Positions 31,601 through 41,568 of a stretch of 64,000 nucleotides of DNA are shown in pieces; position 1 is the stretch's first letter, and each line of letters begins with the position of its first letter. The notes below the pieces were generated by a model that searched no databases, was not told where the DNA came from, and saw nothing but the letters and a program-made list of their open reading frames with translations. The position numbers and the translations under genes were made by a program. Source of the DNA: Flavobacteriaceae bacterium (GTDB lineage: Bacteria > Bacteroidota > Bacteroidia > Flavobacteriales > Flavobacteriaceae); assembly GCA_021647985.1 (NCBI GenBank), contig JAKITQ010000004.1, positions 24,975 through 88,974 on the forward strand, given 5' to 3'.

Positions 31601-31761
31601 AAAAAGAATTTTTAATGCATTGAAAACTTCATGATTCGTTCTGTAATTTATGGTTTAACAAATTTTTTTAAATGCTCGGAATAACCCCATAAATACCCTA
31701 TGTTTTTATTAAAAAAATACGTAGACTAAGCTTCGCTAACAATTTAATTAGTGCATATTAA

Positions 31762-33177
31762 TTACAATTTAGTTTCTGCCAATCCGTTTGCTAGGGTAAA
31801 TTTTAATTCCATCAAATAATCTCCCATACTTGGTCCATACCACCCCATTAACCTAGCTTCATAGGCATCAAAATAGTAATACTTAGCGGGAACAATATAT
31901 CCCAAATGTTGACCATTGCCGTTAAAACTTGTCATAGCCGAATTGAAGCCTTTTAAGGCTAAGGCATTTTTCAGGTCAATTGCATATTCTCCACTTAATT
32001 CATAAGGCATAGTTATCCAGATAAAATTATTTAACCGTAGACTTTGCAAATAGATTTTTTTAACTTCAGGAAATAACTTTTGCGCCAAGAAAGGTGCCAG
32101 TCTTAAATTATCTTTTATATATAAAAATTGAAGCATTGGAATCTCAATTTCTGATGCAACCCTTGAGAATTTTACCTCCTTTTTATATTTCATTTTTTTA
32201 AGAGCTACCATGGCCGAATCTGCCAAAGCCTCGCCAATAACTTTTGGTCTTTCAAATTTTTTTCCTTCCCCTCCTTTATTGGTGTGACTACCTACGGTTC
32301 CTGCATAAAACATGGCCATATCAAAACCTTTACTTTCTAAGGCACGTTGAAAATATCCCGGGTAGTCTCCACTAAACTTATCATTCCATGAACTAATCGT
32401 TGTAGCATGCGCCGCAAAAATACCAACAACAGCACTTTTTGCACTATCCTGTTTTACAGAAAGTAAGGTTAATTTATCATTCAACCTACCTGTTTTCCCA
32501 ATGATTCTATTGGTTACCAAATTTGGAACATGAATATATCCAGAGGCAATCTGAGCAGGTTTCATATCTGCAATGGCGTCTTCTATCAGTTTGGTAAACT
32601 TATCGGTTAACCATTGAATGAGTTCGGGTTGGTACTCACCTCCAAATTGTTTGCCAACATAACTAGGTAACACATTACCTAAACTAGCATGGGTATGTGT
32701 TGCACCGAAAAATATTTGCTGGCGATTTAATTTAGTGTTTTTCTCCAAATTAAATCCTACTTTATCGGCAACTTCGGGAGGCATTATCAAAATATCAGCA
32801 CTAACCAAAACTGCAATTTCACCATTAATATCCAGTGCTATTGCTTTGGCATAAAGTGTATCATGAACCCCTGTGGCATATTTACCATCACCAAAGCCCG
32901 ATAATTTAATTTTATTAAATTCTCCTTTTTCAGGGTTTTGTTCTCCTTGAACAATTTTAGGTGTAATACTTGTTTTTGCAAACCCAGCTTTTAACTTACC
33001 TTCAGATATTTTTCTACTTGAAAGTTCGCTATTGATATTTTTAATGGATGTTTTGTAATATTCAGTTTCAAAATAAGGGGTATTATCTATATGACTAATA
33101 GAAGTAATTAATACTATTATGATAATTGCAATGATTACTCCTAAGGTTTTTAACAATATTTTTAACCATTTTTTCAT
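31762..33177 (-). CDS. Neutral/alkaline non-lysosomal ceramidase N-terminal-domain protein, membrane anchored
   Basis: N-terminal TM, AGFAK..ITP, HD.LYAKAIAL, ATHTH, AHAT, SGDYPG. Confidence 0.78.
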   Translation of the reverse strand: MKKWLKILLKTLGVIIAIIIIVLITSISHIDNTPYFETEYYKTSIKNINSELSSRKISEGKLKAGFAKTSITPKIVQGEQNPEKGEFNKIKLSGFGDGKYATGVHDTLYAKAIALDINGEIAVLVSADILIMPPEVADKVGFNLEKNTKLNRQQIFFGATHTHASLGNVLPSYVGKQFGGEYQPELIQWLTDKFTKLIEDAIADMKPAQIASGYIHVPNLVTNRIIGKTGRLNDKLTLLSVKQDSAKSAVVGIFAAHATTISSWNDKFSGDYPGYFQRALESKGFDMAMFYAGTVGSHTNKGGEGKKFERPKVIGEALADSAMVALKKMKYKKEVKFSRVASEIEIPMLQFLYIKDNLRLAPFLAQKLFPEVKKIYLQSLRLNNFIWITMPYELSGEYAIDLKNALALKGFNSAMTSFNGNGQHLGYIVPAKYYYFDAYEARLMGWYGPSMGDYLMELKFTLANGLAETKL

Positions 33178-33214
33178 TTCAATATTTTTTAATAATATCT
33201 ATATTTTTTTAGCA

Positions 33215-33440
33215 TTATAATTCACGAATTCATATATTTCTATAACTTACAGTGCTTCCATGCTCTTGCAGGGCAATAGGTAATTTACCATGTTTTTCAT
33301 AAGATGGCACCTCAATGTACAGTATTACCTTTAAGTTCTACATGGATATGAATCAATACACCATTATGAATCACAATAAAATATCCGGGTGTTAATAGAT
33401 CATTGTTTTGTTCAAATTTTGGTGATTTAAATATAATGTA
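33215..33440 (-). pseudogene. Degraded C-terminal remnant of a DUF1080 gene
   Basis: Manual translation: YIIFKSPKFEQNNDLLTPGYFIVIHNGVLIHIHVELKGNTV / frameshift / YIEVPSYEKHGKLPIALQEHGSTVSYRNI*IREL* (the W of RNIWIREL changed to a stop). Confidence 0.8.
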
Positions 33441-33489
33441 TTTAACAGCAACTAAATAATAAAATACTATGGACTAAGTCCATATTGGT

Positions 33490-33681
33490 TTATTCATCTA
33501 TAATGATGCTATAAGCTGCTGTAAAACCTTTTTTAGTTTCCAGTTTAATTAAGCCTTCTTTATGAGTAAGTTCTCTATCAGCATCTATACTATCAGCAAT
33601 TCCTAGCCAAGGTTCAATACACACATAAGGTGCATTTGGTTTTGCCCAAATTCCCAAATATGGGAAATCTCCAAATTCCAT
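33490..33681 (-). pseudogene. C-terminal fragment of an aldose-1-epimerase (LacX-like) gene
   Basis: FPYLGIWAKPNAPYVCIEPWLGIAD...KEG is the C-terminal motif of the ~290-aa LacX family; only 63 aa remain. Confidence 0.82.
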
Positions 33682-33690
33682 AGCGACTAC

Positions 33691-34839
33691 TTATTTTGAT
33701 TTTTTGATAACTAAATTTTCTTTTGACGGTAATTTCGGAAAGGGGTTATGAGGTTCAATTTGATACCAATAAGCCACTGAAGATAAATCATCTTTCAAAG
33801 GCAAATACCCATCAGGTCCCCAACCCAAGCTTTGTACCGTAATTTTTAAATCTTCATCAAAGCGAATCGGGTCTAAAACATGCCATCTGTATTGCCCGAA
33901 AATACCTACAAAACCTTCTATTTTAGATTCTTTAACCTCATAGAATCCTGCATATAAACTACTAAAAGAATCATAGTGCATTTTTCCATCTATTTTTCTA
34001 TCGTTATAACCATATGATCCTAAAAAATAATCTTCTTCTCCAGTTGTACAAATGGTTGGAAAATCTTTATCACCATCCATATAGAATTTAACTTCTCCTT
34101 CACCCCACCAACCACTATCTCTAGTGCCATGTGTCAAATAAGTACCTACATATTGTCCTTTTCCTTTAATACCATCTACAATAGTAAAAACTTCTTTAAA
34201 AGGTAATTCTTTCACTCTACGAAATTGCGCATGCAAATAAGGAGTATCTTTTGTTACCTTTTCAAGCGAATAATTTATTTGATAATAAACAGTTGCTTTC
34301 TTATCGGACATGTTTTCCATAGTAATTCTACATTTTTTTCTAAAAGGCATTTGCCAATAAGAGTTAAAACCACTCCTTGGGTTAACAGCCACTGTAGCCG
34401 AATTAATTACAGGCTCATTCATAATACCCCAGCCTGCGGCAAAAAAATCACCAACTGGCACTTCGATGGATGGTTCTTTTTCGTCATCCCAATAAAATCT
34501 TAAAATCATAAATCGGTATTCACCAACTGGCGTCATCCAAATATGATTGATCACTCCAGAATCATTAATTTCACCAAGTGTAAAAGTTTCTCCTGGTTGG
34601 ATATGAATATATGGATTTACTTTCCACCCCTGTCCTAGTTTACGTGCCGCATCTCCAGCAGTACCTTCTTCTAAAGTAGCCATACCTCCTTTTCCTTTTT
34701 CACCTGTAAAATTCTCGGGACTTATAGACCTGGTTTTTGCATCTGATAGTTGATATAGGTTTCTTAAACTATTGGTTTGACTATAGGTACTCATACTAAA
34801 ACATAAAATTAATATGGAGTAAATCATTGCTTTTGACAT
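33691..34839 (-). CDS. GH172 (DUF2961) alpha-D-arabinofuranosidase/fructofuranosidase-like protein, secreted
   Basis: RSISPENFTGEKGKGG, HIWMT, VPVGDFF, NSYWQMPF, YYQINY, WWGEGE, TGEEDYF, YRWH..DPI.F, SSVAYWYQ. Confidence 0.9.
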   Translation of the reverse strand: MSKAMIYSILILCFSMSTYSQTNSLRNLYQLSDAKTRSISPENFTGEKGKGGMATLEEGTAGDAARKLGQGWKVNPYIHIQPGETFTLGEINDSGVINHIWMTPVGEYRFMILRFYWDDEKEPSIEVPVGDFFAAGWGIMNEPVINSATVAVNPRSGFNSYWQMPFRKKCRITMENMSDKKATVYYQINYSLEKVTKDTPYLHAQFRRVKELPFKEVFTIVDGIKGKGQYVGTYLTHGTRDSGWWGEGEVKFYMDGDKDFPTICTTGEEDYFLGSYGYNDRKIDGKMHYDSFSSLYAGFYEVKESKIEGFVGIFGQYRWHVLDPIRFDEDLKITVQSLGWGPDGYLPLKDDLSSVAYWYQIEPHNPFPKLPSKENLVIKKSK

Positions 34840-34876
34840 AATTCTATTATTTTAATTAATTTATTATTGATACTAT

Positions 34877-35881
34877 TTATTTATTTACTTTTCTAAAACT
34901 ATATGTAAAACTTCCTTCTTGTAAAAGTACTGCTGTTACAATTATGGCGCCTTTTAACATCAACTGAAAATCTTTTTGAACACCATAAAGCCCTAAAATA
35001 TTGCTTAACACACCAATAATCAGCACACCTGCTAAGGTACCTTCTAAGGTTCCTTTACCCCCCTTTAAACTTGTTCCGCCAATAACTACAGCAGCGATGG
35101 CATCTAATTCAAAAGCAACGCCATCATTAGGATTACCCTGAAATAATTGTGCAGCATGAATAATCCCTGCCAAAGCAGCCAATAATCCGGCGAAAATATA
35201 GGTGGAGGTCTTAATCCATTTTACCGGAAGTCCAGCTAATTTTGCCGCCACCTCATTACTTCCAATGGCATAAATATATCGCCCCAATCGAATTTTTCTT
35301 AACATTATAGAAAAGACTATAGTAACTCCCAAAAAGATAAAAACAGGAAAGGGAATTCCAAAAAATGAAGTTGTAAATATTTTAAAAGTATCGGGAGCTG
35401 CTCCTTCTCCAAAACCAATATTTCTAGAATTACTATTTGATATAAACAGTGCAAACCCTCTTGCTCCTGTCATCATGGCCAAGGTTACAATAAATGCCTG
35501 TATTTTTCCCCAAGATGTTAATGCACCATTTATTAGCCCAATCAATGCACCTGTAACTAACACCATAAATAAAGACGCGTAAAAACCTAATTGCCAATCC
35601 ATTAATCCAAATGCCATAAGTGTAGCAGATAATGCTAATACTGAACCAACTGACAGATCTATTCCGGCTATAATAATAACCAACGTCATCCCTACAGAAA
35701 TAATACCGATTTCTGAAACCTGTCTAAGAATGTTACTAAGATTATCAAATTTTAAAAAAATGATAGTGCCTTTACTGCTAATTGGTGAGAATATGATACA
35801 TAATATAAACAATATTATAAAACCTAAAACTGGTTTGATCCACTCATTTTTTGCAATAAAATCTAAAATAGTTTTTTTCAT
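34877..35881 (-). CDS. Sugar ABC transporter permease (RbsC-like)
   Basis: GIDLSVGS, FIVTLA, GRYIYAIGSNEVAAKLAG, ELDAIAAVVIGGTSL.GG.G. ATG at 35881 preferred over the track's 35911. Confidence 0.9.
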   Translation of the reverse strand: MKKTILDFIAKNEWIKPVLGFIILFILCIIFSPISSKGTIIFLKFDNLSNILRQVSEIGIISVGMTLVIIIAGIDLSVGSVLALSATLMAFGLMDWQLGFYASLFMVLVTGALIGLINGALTSWGKIQAFIVTLAMMTGARGFALFISNSNSRNIGFGEGAAPDTFKIFTTSFFGIPFPVFIFLGVTIVFSIMLRKIRLGRYIYAIGSNEVAAKLAGLPVKWIKTSTYIFAGLLAALAGIIHAAQLFQGNPNDGVAFELDAIAAVVIGGTSLKGGKGTLEGTLAGVLIIGVLSNILGLYGVQKDFQLMLKGAIIVTAVLLQEGSFTYSFRKVNK

Positions 35882-35917
35882 GTTTTTACATTTATAGTTT
35901 TCAACGGTCACATGCTG

Positions 35918-35936
35918 CCTGTCTGCCGCAGGCAGG
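35918..35936. repeat. REP-like GC-rich palindrome CCTGTCTGCCGCAGGCAGG
   Basis: Imperfect palindrome resembling the CCTGCCTGCCGGCAGGCAGG repeat type seen in Bacteroidota; lies between the ATPase and permease genes. Confidence 0.55.
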
Positions 35937-35983
35937 TTCGCTAATAATCATTCCCGTGAGTGATAAGCTTTAGCATGCTCGTT

Positions 35984-37489
35984 TCATGCTACTGTTTCTT
36001 TAAAGGCATAATTTAAAATTTCTTTTGAAGTGGTTTTACTTGTTTCTAGCAAAGCCGTTTGCCTTCCTTGAGAAAGAACTAAAATTCTATCAGACACTAA
36101 TAAAAGCTCTGGTAACTCTGATGAAGTCAATATAATACCCATTCCTTCCATTTTTAATTTACTTATTAAATTGTAAAATTCTTGCTTCGCTCCAACATCA
36201 ATACCTCTTGTAGGCTCGTCTAATAATAAAAGTTTTGGATGGATTAATAATGCTCTTGAGAGTAATACTTTTTGCTGGTTTCCACCACTCAGTTTTTGTA
36301 TATGCTGATAGATAGTATGCATTTTTACATTTAATTCTTTCGTTTTAGCCAAGACCTTTATTTTTTCTTCCTTATTTTTAATAAAACCGAACTTAGATAA
36401 GCCAGGCAAGATAGAAATACTACTATTTTTAAGATTGCTTAATTCAGGAAATATACCTTCATTTTTACGGTCTTCTGATAAATAAACTATTTTATTTTTA
36501 ATCGATTTAATCGATGATTTTGGCGTATAGAGTTTATTGTTAAATTCTAAGTTCCCATCAAAGTTAGAGCCGAAAACGCCATATAAAAATTTCAATAACT
36601 CTGTACGACCGGCACCTAACAAGCCTGCAACCCCGATTACTTCTCCAACTTTTAAATCAAAAGATATTTTTGATAAAATTTGATTTTTATTATGGTAAAT
36701 CGAGACCTTATCCAATTTAAGCATTGTTTTAGCATTAGATAATTTATTTCCAATACTTTTTACAACAAGTTCTTTTCCAGCCATTTTGTTCACTAAAAAA
36801 CTTTGATTTATATCATCTATTTTATATTTACCTATAAAATATCCATCGCGAAGTATTATGGTCTCATCCGCAATTTCAAATATTTCTTTCATGCGATGAG
36901 AAATATAAATAATGGTTTTTCCTTTTTTCTTTAGTTTTTCTATCTGTTTAAAAAGAAATTCAATTTCCATTTCGCTTAAAGCGGATGTTGGTTCATCCAT
37001 CACAATAATCTCAGAATTAACATATAGTGCCTTAGAGATTTCGATCATTTGTTGCCAACCAATTGAAATTTGAGAAACTTTTGTATCTATAGTATAAGGG
37101 AAATCAAATTCAATTAACAATTTTTTTGTTTCTTCACGCATTTTGTTAAAATCAACAAACCCAAGTTTATTGACTGGTTCACGACCTAGAAAAATATTTT
37201 CTGCAACAGTAAGTTCATCAACCAAATTTAATTCTTGATGAATAATGGCAATTCCTGCATGCTCAGCTTCTCGTGTATTTTTAAAATTTATATTTTTATT
37301 CTTGAGAAATAAATTGCCTTGATAATCTGTTAAAATACCGCATAATATTTTCATCAAAGTAGATTTGCCAGCGCCATTTTCACCAATTAGTGCAAATACT
37401 TTTCCTTTTTCTAATGAAAAAGATATATCATGAAGCACTTCAACACCCGAAAAAGATTTATTAATATTTTTAAATTCTAAAAAATTCAT
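35984..37489 (-). CDS. Sugar ABC transporter ATP-binding protein (RbsA-like, two NBDs)
   Basis: GENGAGKSTL, MDEPT, LSGGNQQKV, LDEPTRGIDVGAK. Confidence 0.93.
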   Translation of the reverse strand: MNFLEFKNINKSFSGVEVLHDISFSLEKGKVFALIGENGAGKSTLMKILCGILTDYQGNLFLKNKNINFKNTREAEHAGIAIIHQELNLVDELTVAENIFLGREPVNKLGFVDFNKMREETKKLLIEFDFPYTIDTKVSQISIGWQQMIEISKALYVNSEIIVMDEPTSALSEMEIEFLFKQIEKLKKKGKTIIYISHRMKEIFEIADETIILRDGYFIGKYKIDDINQSFLVNKMAGKELVVKSIGNKLSNAKTMLKLDKVSIYHNKNQILSKISFDLKVGEVIGVAGLLGAGRTELLKFLYGVFGSNFDGNLEFNNKLYTPKSSIKSIKNKIVYLSEDRKNEGIFPELSNLKNSSISILPGLSKFGFIKNKEEKIKVLAKTKELNVKMHTIYQHIQKLSGGNQQKVLLSRALLIHPKLLLLDEPTRGIDVGAKQEFYNLISKLKMEGMGIILTSSELPELLLVSDRILVLSQGRQTALLETSKTTSKEILNYAFKETVA

Positions 37490-37491
37490 TT

Positions 37492-38427
37492 TTATTTAAA
37501 ATCACCAGCATTAGTAATATCAATGGTTTTTGTATTTAGCATTATATTTTTATCAACTTTTCTACCTGATAGGATTTTTTTTGCAGCATCAATAGCTTCT
37601 TTACCACCTGTTGGGTAAATAAATGTGGCGTTGAGCTGCTTATTTTGGACTGCTTGTACGCCACCTTCAGCTCCAGAAAGACCATCAATACCAATAAAAA
37701 ATGTATTATCTAATCGATTAGCATTTTTAGCAGCCAAATACGCTCCAATTGCCATAGGATCATTATGTGCATAGACCAAGTCAATTTGATCATATCGTTG
37801 TAAAGCATTTTCCATGATCTCTATTCCTTTACGTCGCAACCAAGCACCGTCTTGCTCGTAAATTACTTCAATATCAGGATAATTGGCAATTCCTTCCTTA
37901 AACCCTTTATCTCTTTCCATAGCGGGAGTAGAACCTTTAAGTCCCCATATTTCCAATATTTTTCCTTTGCCATTTAATAGTTTTGCAGCAAATTCACCTG
38001 CAGCAAGTCCTATTTTTATATTATCAGCACCAATAAATGTGGTGAATTTATCTGTATGCACTTTTCTATCTAAAACAATTACAGGTATGCCTTTTTCAAA
38101 AGCTTTTTCAACTACTCTTGTTAAAGGTTGTGCTTCATTAGGAGATATAATCAAAAGATCTATTTCTTGTACTATAAAATTCTCAACATCAGCAACTTGT
38201 TTTGAATTATCTTGCTGTGCATCACTTATAACCACATCAATATCAGGATATTTAGCAGCTTCTGCCAATAATTCTTTATTCATAGCCTCTCGCCATGGTT
38301 CGGCACTATTACATTGCGAAAAACCTATCGTAAATGCCGTAGACTCCTTTTTTTTACCGCAACTAACGAGAGCTATACTTATTAATATTAATGCAAAAAC
38401 ATTAATTTTTATACTTAATTTTTTCAT
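37492..38427 (-). CDS. Sugar ABC transporter substrate-binding lipoprotein (RbsB-like fold)
   Basis: Lipobox LVSC, IGFSQC, DLLIISPNE, DRK, IGADN, GSTPAMER, AHND, GIDG, ATFIYPTGG. Confidence 0.9.
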   Translation of the reverse strand: MKKLSIKINVFALILISIALVSCGKKKESTAFTIGFSQCNSAEPWREAMNKELLAEAAKYPDIDVVISDAQQDNSKQVADVENFIVQEIDLLIISPNEAQPLTRVVEKAFEKGIPVIVLDRKVHTDKFTTFIGADNIKIGLAAGEFAAKLLNGKGKILEIWGLKGSTPAMERDKGFKEGIANYPDIEVIYEQDGAWLRRKGIEIMENALQRYDQIDLVYAHNDPMAIGAYLAAKNANRLDNTFFIGIDGLSGAEGGVQAVQNKQLNATFIYPTGGKEAIDAAKKILSGRKVDKNIMLNTKTIDITNAGDFK

Positions 38428-38463
38428 ATAATTATTATTTAAGAATTAATTATAGTTGCAATG

Positions 38464-38652
38464 TTATTTTATAAAAATATTTACATAGGCACCACCATGT
38501 AAGTATAAATTAATTTTATTAGATGTTTTCTTTTTAGAAGCGATTGTAAATACATTTCTTGCATTAATTAATTCGCTGTGTATATCAAATCTTTTATTCA
38601 ATCTCAAAATTCTTACAAGAATTTTTAATATACGAGCTTTAAGACTAACTGT
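38464..38652 (-). pseudogene. N-terminal remnant of an HSL-type alpha/beta-hydrolase (esterase)
   Basis: Manual translation TVSLKARILKILVRILRLNKRFDIHSELINARNVFTIASKKKTSNKINLYLHGGAYVNIFIK* contains the HGG oxyanion motif and then stops; no start codon. Confidence 0.6.
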
Positions 38653-38714
38653 ATTTTGTAAATATAATTCATAAAAATCTAATGTATTAATACTAAGTTG
38701 TCCAATAAAATTTC

Positions 38715-40283
38715 CTAATTAGTTAAAAGGTCTTCAATTCTTAAAAGAATAAGTGTACTAATACTCACTTGGTACTTATCCTTAAGCGAAGGTCTTTTTT
38801 TAGATGAATCACCTTTTCCTTTTAATTTAAATGTATGTTGACCAGGTTCCAATTTAAAATTACCAAAATTATATTCCAAGAAATTTCCACTAACGCTAAC
38901 CATATCTAGAATGGGGCCTGCCAATTGATTATTTATTAAAGGTTGATACAAACCTCCAAAAGGGCCATTGGCTAAAACAGCAGAAATCTTGTAATTACCT
39001 GCTTCTTTTACATCAAATTTAAATTCAATTTGTGCATCTGGTGTTTCTGGTGCAAAATGTACTGCTACCACTTCTTTCTTTAATTTATTAGACGATGCTT
39101 TCATTTCTAAACTTGAAGCAATAAAAATTTTGTAAGGTGCAATCCTTTTATTTGCTTCAGGTAAGTCTGATTTTGAATAAGCAATTGGCGTTTGATACCA
39201 AAAAGCTACGGAACTTATCCAATCTGCACGTTCAGACGAACTTGATGTTTGGTCTCCATTTTCATTAATTTTACTGCCACGATGTTCTATGGTGAATTTT
39301 AATGATTTTTGAAACCTTATTGGGTCGAGAATATGCCAACGATATGCTGTTAACCGATCTCCAGCCAATACACCTTCATATAAAGAAACTCCTTGAAACT
39401 GACCTGAAAACTCTCTAAAACCCCAGGCATCACCAAAATAATCTTCGGTTCCGGTTCCTTGGATGGACGGATGTTTTTCTCCATCAATATAAAAGCGATC
39501 ATCACCTTCTCCAAACCATCCGGTTTGAACCTGTTGTACAGAATATACCGTTCCTATATAGTTTCCTTTACCTTTAGTATCTAACAGAACATGATCTCCA
39601 GGTTTGGCTGGTGTTTGTTGGTTATAACGTGCATGAAAATATAACACATCCTCTTCTATCTTATCTACTTTTTCCCAGTCTACATAATAGTAAAAATAAA
39701 CCGGTCCAAATCCTTCAGATTCATTTGTTATGGTAATTTTTGCATGTTTTTTGAAAGGCATTCTCCAAAAACTGGTTCTTGATCTTCCATGAGAAGATAT
39801 ACTTACTGGAAATGATTGAAAGTCTTTTGTTGCACCATGACCTAGACCGAAAAAATCACCCAATGGTACTTCCACACTCGGCTTATCTGCATTATCCCAA
39901 TAAATTCTAACCACAAGTGCTTTTGCAGAAAATGGATTTAATGAAGCAGAAGTATTCCAAATATGTGTGATGACTCCTGGTCCATCCAAATCGGCAATAA
40001 CAATGGTTTCTCCTGCTGCGATCTCTTTAGAATCTCCATTCTCATCAAAATTGGAGTCTGTACTTGAAGACCGCATACTTCGACCGTTGGATGCCTTTGT
40101 TAGATTGTCTAATAAGGAACTATTTTCTGTTTGTGCGTTGAGGTGCGGTACTATAAGTATCAAAAACAAAATTCCTAATATTACTTTTTGCCAAGTTTTT
40201 TTAATTATTACTAATTGCATCATGTTTGTTTTAGTTAATTGTTTAATTAATATTTTAAAGATAAATTCGTTTTTCTTGGTCAT
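38715..40283 (-). CDS. GH172 (DUF2961) protein with a C-terminal beta-sandwich extension; start probably downstream of 40283
   Basis: GPGVITHIW, VPLGDFFG, MPF, YYYVDW, WFGEGD, GTGTEDYF, YRWH..DPI.F, SSVAFWYQ, plus ~130 extra C-terminal residues. Confidence 0.88.
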   Translation of the reverse strand: MTKKNEFIFKILIKQLTKTNMMQLVIIKKTWQKVILGILFLILIVPHLNAQTENSSLLDNLTKASNGRSMRSSSTDSNFDENGDSKEIAAGETIVIADLDGPGVITHIWNTSASLNPFSAKALVVRIYWDNADKPSVEVPLGDFFGLGHGATKDFQSFPVSISSHGRSRTSFWRMPFKKHAKITITNESEGFGPVYFYYYVDWEKVDKIEEDVLYFHARYNQQTPAKPGDHVLLDTKGKGNYIGTVYSVQQVQTGWFGEGDDRFYIDGEKHPSIQGTGTEDYFGDAWGFREFSGQFQGVSLYEGVLAGDRLTAYRWHILDPIRFQKSLKFTIEHRGSKINENGDQTSSSSERADWISSVAFWYQTPIAYSKSDLPEANKRIAPYKIFIASSLEMKASSNKLKKEVVAVHFAPETPDAQIEFKFDVKEAGNYKISAVLANGPFGGLYQPLINNQLAGPILDMVSVSGNFLEYNFGNFKLEPGQHTFKLKGKGDSSKKRPSLKDKYQVSISTLILLRIEDLLTN

Positions 40284-41247
40284 TGCTTTCTATTATTTTT
40301 TCGATTATAATCATATTATTCACGGCATCTTTTAAATCTGTACTCACTTTATGGTCTTCCAGAATAGCCAATGAAAAATTATCAGCTTGTAGGGTATATT
40401 GATCACATCCTTCAAACTCATATTCCTTTTTAACGCCATCTTTTATTAACCAAATCTTTACCGACTTATTTGGAGGAGGGTTAAATGGTATTTCAAATTT
40501 AATACTTCCTTTGGTTCCAAAAATATGTACTTCCTGATTTTCAAACAATTGTGTTGCACTAAAAAAACTGGAACTACCATGATCAAAATCAAGAATAACA
40601 GATGATAAAATATCCACCTTAAACTTAGTGTCATATTTTATTTGTGCCATAACACTTTTAGGCTCAGCATCAAACAAGAATCTAGATAATGAAATTGGAT
40701 AGCAACCAATGTCCATTAAACTCCCTCCTCCAAATTCTCTTTTATTAACAATACTGTTTTCATTATTCTCAAAAAAAGAAAAAGAAGATTGGATTGTTTT
40801 TAAATCTCCAATAGCACCTTTATTGATCATCTCTTTTACCTTAACCCATTGAGGATGGTATTTATACATAAATGCCTCCATTATTTTTAAATTTGGATGC
40901 TTTATTGATACTTCTAATAATTTCTGAGCATCTAAACTACTAAGTCCAATTGGCTTTTCAACGAGAACGTGTTTACCTGATTTTAAGGCTTTTATAGCCC
41001 ATGTTACATGTAAGTGATTTGGCAAAGGAATATATACAACTTCAATACCTTCATCGTCTAATAATTTTTGATAGTCATCATAGTATTTCGGAATATCAAA
41101 CTGTTTTGCAACCTTTTTCGCCTTTTTTATATTTCTTGAAGCAATACCAATAATTTCACAATACTTACTTTTTAGCATGGCCGGTATTACATGCTTTACT
41201 GCAATTGATGCTGTACCTAACACACCCCATTTTATTCTTATTTCCAC
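40255..41247 (-). CDS. Cytoplasmic Gfo/Idh/MocA oxidoreductase (aldose dehydrogenase-like)
   Basis: WGVLGTASIA, YIPLPNHLH, EKP, EAFMY..HPQ, GGGSLMDIGCY. Confidence 0.88.
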   Translation of the reverse strand: MEIRIKWGVLGTASIAVKHVIPAMLKSKYCEIIGIASRNIKKAKKVAKQFDIPKYYDDYQKLLDDEGIEVVYIPLPNHLHVTWAIKALKSGKHVLVEKPIGLSSLDAQKLLEVSIKHPNLKIMEAFMYKYHPQWVKVKEMINKGAIGDLKTIQSSFSFFENNENSIVNKREFGGGSLMDIGCYPISLSRFLFDAEPKSVMAQIKYDTKFKVDILSSVILDFDHGSSSFFSATQLFENQEVHIFGTKGSIKFEIPFNPPPNKSVKIWLIKDGVKKEYEFEGCDQYTLQADNFSLAILEDHKVSTDLKDAVNNMIIIEKIIESNDQEKRIYL

Positions 41248-41568
41248 AACGGTTTATTAATTGAAAATAGCTACGCCAAAGGCCTATATTTATTATTGAA
41301 TTTTAATCGTATTATTCGTATTTATAACCTTATATTTTTTATAAGAATCTAATTCACTTCTACATGGTTTTTATCAGAATTTACTGTAATTTATAAGTGT
41401 TAATGTAAACACTAATGGTAATAAATTCCAATCCAGAATCTACCGATTAACCCAATTCAATTTATTATAAAACAATATTATTATAAGGTGATTTTGATGA
41501 TATAACCTTTGAAAATTCTTAAAGTTTCTCCTTCAATACAGAGCCTTAAACATCTTTATATATGCATT

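Noticed and set aside
34877-38427. Naming the ABC system rbsABC
   Set aside because: No ribokinase or rbsD nearby, and the binding protein and context suggest another sugar.
37883-38431. 182-aa plus-strand ORF and the many other short antisense ORFs in the track
   Set aside because: They overlap well-supported genes on the opposite strand and show no recognisable motifs.
41250-41565. Possible decayed gene in the spacer between the SSS and Gfo genes
   Set aside because: Only short broken frames without any recognisable motif.
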